64,000 bases of DNA from Tubiluchus corallicola (lineage: Eukaryota; Animalia; Priapulida). Each line of letters starts with the position of its first letter. The stretch's first letter is position 1. The notes under the pieces are model-generated. The model was not told the origin of the DNA. It did no database searches and was given only the letters and a program-made list of their open reading frames with translations. Of this stretch, positions 1 through 64,000 are shown piece after piece. The stretch lies in the NCBI GenBank assembly GCA_030141605.1, contig JAQGDQ010000658.1, forward strand, positions 25,828 through 89,827, in the 5' to 3' direction. A program made the position numbers and the translations under genes.

Positions 1-305
1 AAGGTCCTGCTACTGAAGTTACTGAACTGATACTGTAGATGGCTGTGCTTTATCCACATCTCATATGTGGTTATTGTAGTTATATTGTAACTACATCTCT
101 TGTAGTTAAGACAAGTGGTTGTAGTACACTTAACGTTTGACCTACAGCAACTGTGCGTGCTCATAGCGAAACTCTGAAATGAAAGGGCTTATTGTTTCAA
201 AATGGTGCTCTCTTTTTTGTGTGACTAATTCCAGACAGGTCCCAGACTGCTTACATTTTTACATTCGTAATTTAACTTGATTTTGATCAGCTTGCTGTAC
301 GACAG

Positions 306-56806
<56,501 letters not shown>

Positions 56807-56914
56807 AATTAATTATTAGTGTTGACAGTTTGACTGACTGACCACCTAAAGTTACTGAGTGAGTAATGTCTAAGTAATAATCTGATCGGTTAGTTGAGTG
56901 ACTGTCGGGATGCA

Positions 56915-58735
56915 TGCTGATTGAATAGTTTCTTGAGTGACGAGTCTGATTGGCTAGCTGATTGAATAGTCTCTTGAGTGACGAGTCTGATTGGCTAGCT
57001 GATTGAGTAGTCTCCTGAGTGACAAGTCTGATTGGCTAGCTGACTGAGTAGTCTCCTGAGTGACAAGTCTGATTGGCTACTGATTGAGTAGTCTCCTGAG
57101 TGACAAGTCTGATTGGCTAGCTGATTGAGTAGTCTCCTGAGTGACAAGTCTGATTGGCTAGCTGATTGAATAGTCTCTTGAGTGACGTTTCTAATGGTTA
57201 GCTGGTTGAATAACATCTTAAGTAACAGGCTAACTGATTGAGTAACATGCTAAGTAACAGTCTGATTGGTGCTGATCGAGTAGTCCCTTGAAAAACGAGC
57301 CTGACTGGCTAGCTGATTGAGTAACATGTTAAGTAACAGTCTGATTGCCTATCGGATTACCATATATACTTATGTACAAGTCGATTTATGGGAGGCGATT
57401 TTAAGGTGAAATTCTTGGGGTCTACTCATACTTACGAAATGTTTTTGTGAGATATCGCTAGGGAGTCGTCTACAATACGAATATATAAAGAAATAATCCT
57501 TCATTATACGCTGGACTGAATGAACACTCATACTGTGATACTTCACATCAGAGAAAGTTCGCATCTTGACATTACTTCACAAAATTAACAATATTACTGT
57601 AATTTATTTTAATGTATGTGAAATTAAGTTAAAATTTATATATTACGGGTAAATAAACTAGTGATGGAGCACTCGATCAGAACATGGAAATCGCCAATGA
57701 TGTTACTGAAAAAAACTGTAACGTTTCGGGCATGGGTTTTTATTTTAAGTGAGAAATCGGCGACTGAAATGTTACGATGGATCCCGGCCACGATATCCTA
57801 GAGTTAAAAGCATTGCAAACAATTATGCGTGATGAAAGGCCAGGCTGTATTATCGTGGATTGCATTGAGGGCCCTCAACATGAATACATATATATATATA
57901 TATACATCGGGTAGGTATAATATACTCGGCCCAGGCACTTGCACGTATCTTACACACTAACACAAGAGGCTATTGATTTATTACTCGGCCATTGTTGACA
58001 TCATTTACTCTGGAAGATCTTAATATCTTATGGTCGACTTGTACACACGTATATACGGTAAGTAACATCTTAAGTAACAATCTAACTGACTAGCTGATTG
58101 AGTAACATCTTAAGTAACAGTCTAACTGACTAGCAGATTGAGTAACATCTTAAGTAATAATCTAACTGACTAGCTGATTGAGTAACATCTTAAGTAACAG
58201 TCTGACTGGCTAGCGGATTGAATAACATCTTAAGTAACAGTCTGACTGGCTAGCTGATTGATTAACATCTTAAGTAACAGTCTGACTGGCTAGCTGATTG
58301 ATTAACATCTTAAGTAACAGTCTGACTGGCTAGCTGATTGATTAACATCTTAAGTAACAGTCTGACTGGCTAGCGGATTGAGTAACATCTTAAGTAACAG
58401 TCTAACTGGCTAGCAGATTGAGTAACATCTTAAGTAATAGTCTCACTGGCTAGCAGATTGAGTAACATCTTAAGTAATAGTCTAACTGGCTAGCAGATTG
58501 AGTAACATCTTAAGTAACAGTATGGTTGGCTAGCAGATTGAGTAACATCTTAAGTAACAGTCTAACTGGCTAGCAGATTGAGTAACATCGTAAGTAACAG
58601 TCTAACTGACTAGCTGATTGAGTAACATCTTAAGTAATAGTCTAACTGGCTATTGAGTAACATCTTAAGTAACAGTCTAACTGGCTAGCAGATTGAGTAA
58701 CATCTTAAGTAACAGTCTGGTTGGCTAGCTGATTT
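56915..58735. repeat. 40/41-bp satellite array interrupted by a MITE
   Basis: 41-bp GCTGATTGAGTAGTCTCCTGAGTGACAAGTCTGATTGGCTA (left) and 40-bp GCAGATTGAGTAACATCTTAAGTAACAGTCTAACTGGCTA (right). Confidence 0.92.
57360..58058. mobile_element. Tc1/pogo-type MITE
   Basis: TA|CCATATATACTTATGTACAAGTCGA...TCGACTTGTACACACGTATATACGG|TA. Confidence 0.8.
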
Positions 58736-59941
58736 AGCAAGCACTTTAGTGAACCTTATTCAGGCATCAAGCTACCTAAAAAGATAAAAAAGTTTTACCA
58801 TCCTGAAATTTAGAACTTCTGGACAATCTTGTATTATTTCCCTAGCTACTACTACTACGTGTCATCGTTTGTGGCAAATTTGTAAGCAAAGCTAGCAAGT
58901 GTTCCAATGTTTTTGTATACTGTGATTTTCAATGCTTTTGTATACCGTGATTTTTAATTATCATTATGTAGATGCCGATTTGATTTGTCGCAAAATGCAT
59001 ACGTTAAAATTTCTTATTTTTATGTTTTTTTCATATATTTGTAAGTTATTCATATTGATAGAGGTATAATCGAATAATTTGGTTGATAGTACCTCGCTTG
59101 TTAAATTTATATACTAAAAGACATTCAAAAAACATGTTTATTGTAAGAATTTCATGTTTATGTTACACTTAAATAGCCAATTGACAATTATTACTTATAT
59201 ATGTGCTTGCAAACCAAAACCGTTCATAAGTCGGCATAGTTAAAACTACGTTATGATGCTTCAAAGCAGAATGTATCAAAATTTTGGTCAAATGTCGATT
59301 TTCTGTTTTTTATAAAAAACAGACGCTAAATATATTGGACTTTTACATTCTAGCATCACATTATGAAGAAAATGTCCAAAAAATACTAAAAATTTAATTT
59401 TATAACTTTTTGCTTCGGGGTTTTTTTGTGTTGTCACAAGCCCAGATCTTCGTCAGGAAGGGTCGTCTACTGGACTTAAACATAACACCCGTAGCAACCA
59501 ACATTTGTACGGTTGCTAGGTGTTTTGTAGAAACGCGACAAAAAACAATGGCTGACTTTAGCAGTGATTTTCTCAAGAATATGTTTTTCAGTGTGCAGCC
59601 TGCACCTCAACTTCAACATGGATTATCACATAGAGCAATGAGCTTGGCATCAAAATGATCCCCATGAAATTGAGATTCAGGATATGTGAATAACTAGAAC
59701 AATGTTAATTGCCGACTTATGGACGGTTTTGCTATGCAAGCACTTTTATGTAGAAAACGTGCTAATGGCTGGTGTTGCGGCTAAATTTACTCACAGATTA
59801 CATAATTATGCACCAAGTGACCCAAATAAAAAACATTCTACTTCAAGTACATTATAAATACGTTAAACAAAAATATAATACAGGTTAAGCTATAGCCTTA
59901 GGTCCAACAGTAAATGACACTTACTCAAAGATTTATTTATA

Positions 59942-60213
59942 GACCAGACGCTTTGGTCTAGTGGTAACGCGTCTGGTTTTCCGTCTGGAAGGTCATGAGT
60001 TCGATACAGCGACCGGGCCATACCGAAGACTTTAAAAATGGTACCTGCTGTTGCCCTGCCTGGCGAGTGGTATTTAGGGTAAAAGTGGGGTAATAATAGT
60101 CTCTGTTATGTAGTTGTAGGTTGTTATTTACAGTCGGCGATAATAGCTCTTTGAGCTAATGTTAATTGTTGACCCAAACCCGACTTTAAATAAATATTAT
60201 TATTATTATTATT
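59942..60213 (+). mobile_element. tRNA-derived SINE
   Basis: Same family as 29383 and 43708. Confidence 0.82.
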
Positions 60214-61548
60214 TTACTGTATCCAAGAAGTTAACAACCATGTAAAATATATGAATTGATAGAGCGATTCTCCAATTATTGTACTGTATTTCATCTGGAA
60301 ATCATCGGATTTACACAAAAAAGGTTGGAGCAAAAAACTGAAGAGTTACAATTGATTGTCGAAGCTTCGTGGACTTATTCCGACGCTTGCAAAATGGTAA
60401 GCTCTTACGTAGAATACAGATAAGAAGTTATTGGGTCGGTTATGAATTGTGACAAAGCGTGAATAATTGTTTCATACTAAATTTATTTGAGAAAATATTA
60501 ATGGAAAAAACGACAACGTTACGGGATAGTTCCCAACAATTGAATTTTAAATTTTCAATTATCGGAATGAAACCTAGGGAATTTATCTATCAAAAGATAG
60601 ACTTGAAGTTGTTTACTAGCCTTGTGCTAAATTGTACCATATAAATTACAACTTAAATACGATACATTGTTCCTACTCTAATTGCACCTATTCATTACAA
60701 TTATAAAACTAATTAATTTGATTAAAGATGACATAATTAAAATGATTTTTTTCTAAATTAGCTGCCCCTGTCAGTCAGCACAAAATGCCACCAAAAAACT
60801 TACTAAAACCCCACTAGTGATTATTTCTACGTGGTACTATACAAATTTGTAACTTATACTGGTGCAGCAATGAACCTTTTCACAGTTTCAATGGTCGATA
60901 ATGATCGTGAAAAGGTCAAAGGTTAAGCGCATTCGTGTACCATTGACAACGCCTTGCAGCACGAGCCATTGTAATAGTAACAGTTTTAACAGGTAGCTAA
61001 AACCATACTTAGTTCATTTTTTCTTGTTTCCAAGCAAGATCCTGCTTGCGTACAGACTAATGCATAATTAAGTAAAGTCCACATAAACAACTGATGTGGC
61101 AGACGGCTTTGCTCTACCCACATGTCATACGATGTTTCTAGTTAAGACACATCACTGTGGTACACTTAACCGTTGACCTTTGCACAACGAAATTATAAAA
61201 AGGCTTATTTGAAAAGTTCTGACAAATTTTTGTCTTACACCTGCAACACTTGCATGACATTTCACATATTATGAAGCTTGTGTAATAGACCACGCATTTG
61301 TAAATCCTCACACTTGCAAGATCTCATGAATTTTCAAAGCAGACAAAGCTGTATTAGCCGTGTTTGCATCAACTGCGTGTTTAGAGCTTTGCGTATTTTG
61401 TGTTCAAAGTGGCAAAGCAGCATCCACCTTTCTCACGTTTGCAAGGTCATTTTGTACTAGGTGTCCACTTTGTCTCCAGTAAAATCCACATTCCTCACAT
61501 TGGCGAGGCTCGATGAATCCACCTTGTCACTAGTAAAGTCTGCATTCC

Positions 61549-63624
61549 TCACACTTTGTGTGAATTCTGCTGCAAAGTGTTATTATGAACCCGTTTTGTG
61601 TGAATTGTTAAAGCGGATGAAGTAGTATAAGCTACCTCACACTGGTCACACTTGAAAGGCCGCTCACCTCTGTGTACTCTTAAATGCTGCTTCAAATGAC
61701 CAGACTGACGAAACGAGGCTGTGCAGTTGTTACATTTGAATCGTTTCTCAACAGTGTGAACTCGCATGTGAACGTCTAAATTAGACGAGTGTGTGAATGC
61801 TGCTTCACACATCGTACACTTGAATGGCCGTTCGCCGGCATGAACACGCTTGTGAATTATCAGTCCATTGAGTTGACTATAGGCCGAATCACACTGGTCA
61901 CACTTAAATGGTTTTTCTCCGGTGTGCTTTCTCATATGTATCCTCAGTTTAGCAGACTCACGGAAGGCTGAGCCACATTCCTCACACTGAAATGGCTTCT
62001 CTCCTGTGTGAATTTTACGATGTAAACTTATCCTACTTGAATCTGCAAAAGATGCTGGACACTGGTCACACTTGTAAGGCTTCTCACCAGTGTGAATTCT
62101 TTCGTGTACTTTTAAAGTTGCCGAATGTTTGAATGCTTTACCACATTCATTGCATTTAAATGGCCTAACATCTGTGTGAATTTTTTCATGATACTTCAGC
62201 CTTGACTGAACAGCAAACGATGCATTACAACCACTACACTTAAATGGCTTATCCCCGGTATGATCACTGATATGAAGCTTCAAGCTTTTCGAATGCTTAA
62301 AAGCTGCGCTGCATATTGTACATTTGTAAGGCTTTTCATCAGAGTGACTTCTCACATGTGACCAAAGATGGGAGGAGGAATTAAATCCTGCCCCGCACTG
62401 AACGCATTTGAATGGCTTCTCACCGAAATGAGCCCTTATGTAGTGCAACTTTAACTGCGAGGAGAGGCTAAAGCTCATTTCACACTCCGCACAATTAAAC
62501 GGTTTCTCGCCAGTGTGAGTACGAATGTGATCTCTTAGCTTAAACCTTTGCGTAAAAGCTGCATCACAAAAGTCACACTTGTAAGGCTTTTCACCCGTAT
62601 GTATTCTCATTCTGTGCAGTTTTAAGTTAGATGACTGACTGAACACCTTCTCACAGTCATCACACTTGAAGCGTTTCTCGCCGTCGTGAAGATTCGCAAT
62701 GTGACTCTTCAAGCTGTACGCCTCTGTGAATGTGGCACTACATAGGTTGCACTCAAATGGTTTCTCCTTTGTATGCACCTTCATGTGTTTCTTCACTCCC
62801 CATGAGTGAGCAAAACTGGACGTGCACACAGTACATTTGTATGGCTTTTCTCCAGTGTGAACTTTCATGTGAGCTCTTAGATGGGATGACGTCCTAAACA
62901 TGGAAGTACATTCAGTGCACTTAAAAGGCTTCTCTCCAGTGTGAATTCTCACATGACTAGTGAGTTTCGACTGTGTCCTAAATGCCGAGTCACACTCGGA
63001 ACATTTGTATGGTTTCTCTCCAGTGTGAACTCTCAAATGTTCCTTTAACTGGCTCATGTCTGTGAAGGTACCATCGCACACGGTACATAAATACGGCTTC
63101 GAGCGAGAATGCGTCTTCTTGTGAGCATTCAGTTCGATTAGGGAAAAGAAACTGACTTTACAGGTCGCACAACTGTAAGACATTGTCTTTTCTTGCACAA
63201 AATTGTTATAGTCCAAATCATCATTAGATGTTTCTGATTTAACAGAGCTATTAAGAGACAAGGATTGCTCTATGAGCGATTCATCATTCACATCATCTGT
63301 TGGCTCATTTTTTATAGCCGACACGTCCATTAATTCTGACGTATTCTCGCCTTCATTTTCTCTTACAACTGGTGCATTTATTACTGCACTTTTGCAGAGC
63401 TTATCTGTTTCTGGTGAACGTGAACTGCAAATATCCTGCCCACCTTTTTCGACACTGTCACTTTCATTCTCTTCCCAAGGAGACATTAAGTCCGGTTCGG
63501 TTTTGGCGATGATACTATCATCCTTGCCATCGTCTGGTGTTGCATCGCTGTCATTGCCACTTTCGTCTGATGGATCAGGTTCCAGTTTAATGGATGAATG
63601 CACAAATGTGGGCGAGGCATCCAT
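61549..63624 (-). CDS. C2H2 zinc finger protein with 19 tandem fingers and an acidic IKxE-motif N-terminus
   Basis: 691-aa ORF; 19 CxxC..H..H units with TGEKP-type linkers; splice acceptor ttttatatttcag ending at 63818 upstream of the ATG. Confidence 0.95.
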   Translation of the reverse strand: MDASPTFVHSSIKLEPDPSDESGNDSDATPDDGKDDSIIAKTEPDLMSPWEENESDSVEKGGQDICSSRSPETDKLCKSAVINAPVVRENEGENTSELMDVSAIKNEPTDDVNDESLIEQSLSLNSSVKSETSNDDLDYNNFVQEKTMSYSCATCKVSFFSLIELNAHKKTHSRSKPYLCTVCDGTFTDMSQLKEHLRVHTGEKPYKCSECDSAFRTQSKLTSHVRIHTGEKPFKCTECTSMFRTSSHLRAHMKVHTGEKPYKCTVCTSSFAHSWGVKKHMKVHTKEKPFECNLCSATFTEAYSLKSHIANLHDGEKRFKCDDCEKVFSQSSNLKLHRMRIHTGEKPYKCDFCDAAFTQRFKLRDHIRTHTGEKPFNCAECEMSFSLSSQLKLHYIRAHFGEKPFKCVQCGAGFNSSSHLWSHVRSHSDEKPYKCTICSAAFKHSKSLKLHISDHTGDKPFKCSGCNASFAVQSRLKYHEKIHTDVRPFKCNECGKAFKHSATLKVHERIHTGEKPYKCDQCPASFADSSRISLHRKIHTGEKPFQCEECGSAFRESAKLRIHMRKHTGEKPFKCDQCDSAYSQLNGLIIHKRVHAGERPFKCTMCEAAFTHSSNLDVHMRVHTVEKRFKCNNCTASFRQSGHLKQHLRVHRGERPFKCDQCEVAYTTSSALTIHTKRVHNNTLQQNSHKV

Positions 63625-63939
63625 GACTGTATCAGTGGTAATCAGTGGAAGGATTATGGGAGGAACTAATGATTATGGTAACCAACAACGCCGGAAGTGG
63701 TCGAGATGCTTCTGAATTCAAAGATAGTCACGTGAAACAAGAAACTGTAGATGTCTAAGCACTTCTGCATTTAGAGTGTTTCTTGCCCGCTCAGTTCCAA
63801 TAGCATCATTCGCAAACCTGAAATATAAAAGCACTTTTATATATAAAACATGAAATGAAAATGTAAAACCTTTTGTACAACCACTTGGGAAGGCACATCG
63901 AGAAAGATTTATATAAAGTATCTTTCCAAAGTTATAGTT

Positions 63940-64000
63940 AGAGAGAGAGAGGGAGAGAGAGGCAGAGTGTGAGAGAGAGAGAAAGAGAGAGAGAGAGAGG
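63940..64000. repeat. (GA)n microsatellite
   Basis: Directly visible. Confidence 0.95.

Noticed and set aside
63272-63715. 147-aa plus-strand ORF
   Set aside because: Antisense shadow of the zinc-finger N-terminus

Overview
This is AT-rich, repeat-dense animal (invertebrate-type) genomic DNA, not prokaryotic. Almost the whole window is one spliced + strand polycystin-1 family gene (PKD1L2/PKD1L3-like). I reconstructed 21 GT-AG exons by hand from 306 to 56806. All intron phases match, giving 5169 nt or 1722 codons plus stop, and the 5' end lies upstream of the window. Domain order is GAIN, GPS (HL|S), TM1, PLAT, further TMs, polycystin/TOP domain and a channel-like TM region. The unusual part is a ~370-aa insertion that splits the GAIN domain: a 32-cysteine region followed by a second, predicted extracellular PLAT domain encoded by a phase 1-1 exon module. 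An antisense MS4A/CD20-like four-TM gene with an uninterrupted coding block is nested in one intron. A 19-finger C2H2 gene lies convergently at the right end. The introns contain piggyBac-, Kolobok-, hAT- and Tc1/pogo-type MITEs, SINEs, LINE fragments and many satellites. Two near-identical inverted element pairs each bracket a frame-preserving exon block, and both a splice donor and a splice acceptor of the polycystin gene have been duplicated. All family calls come from motif recognition, not database searches.
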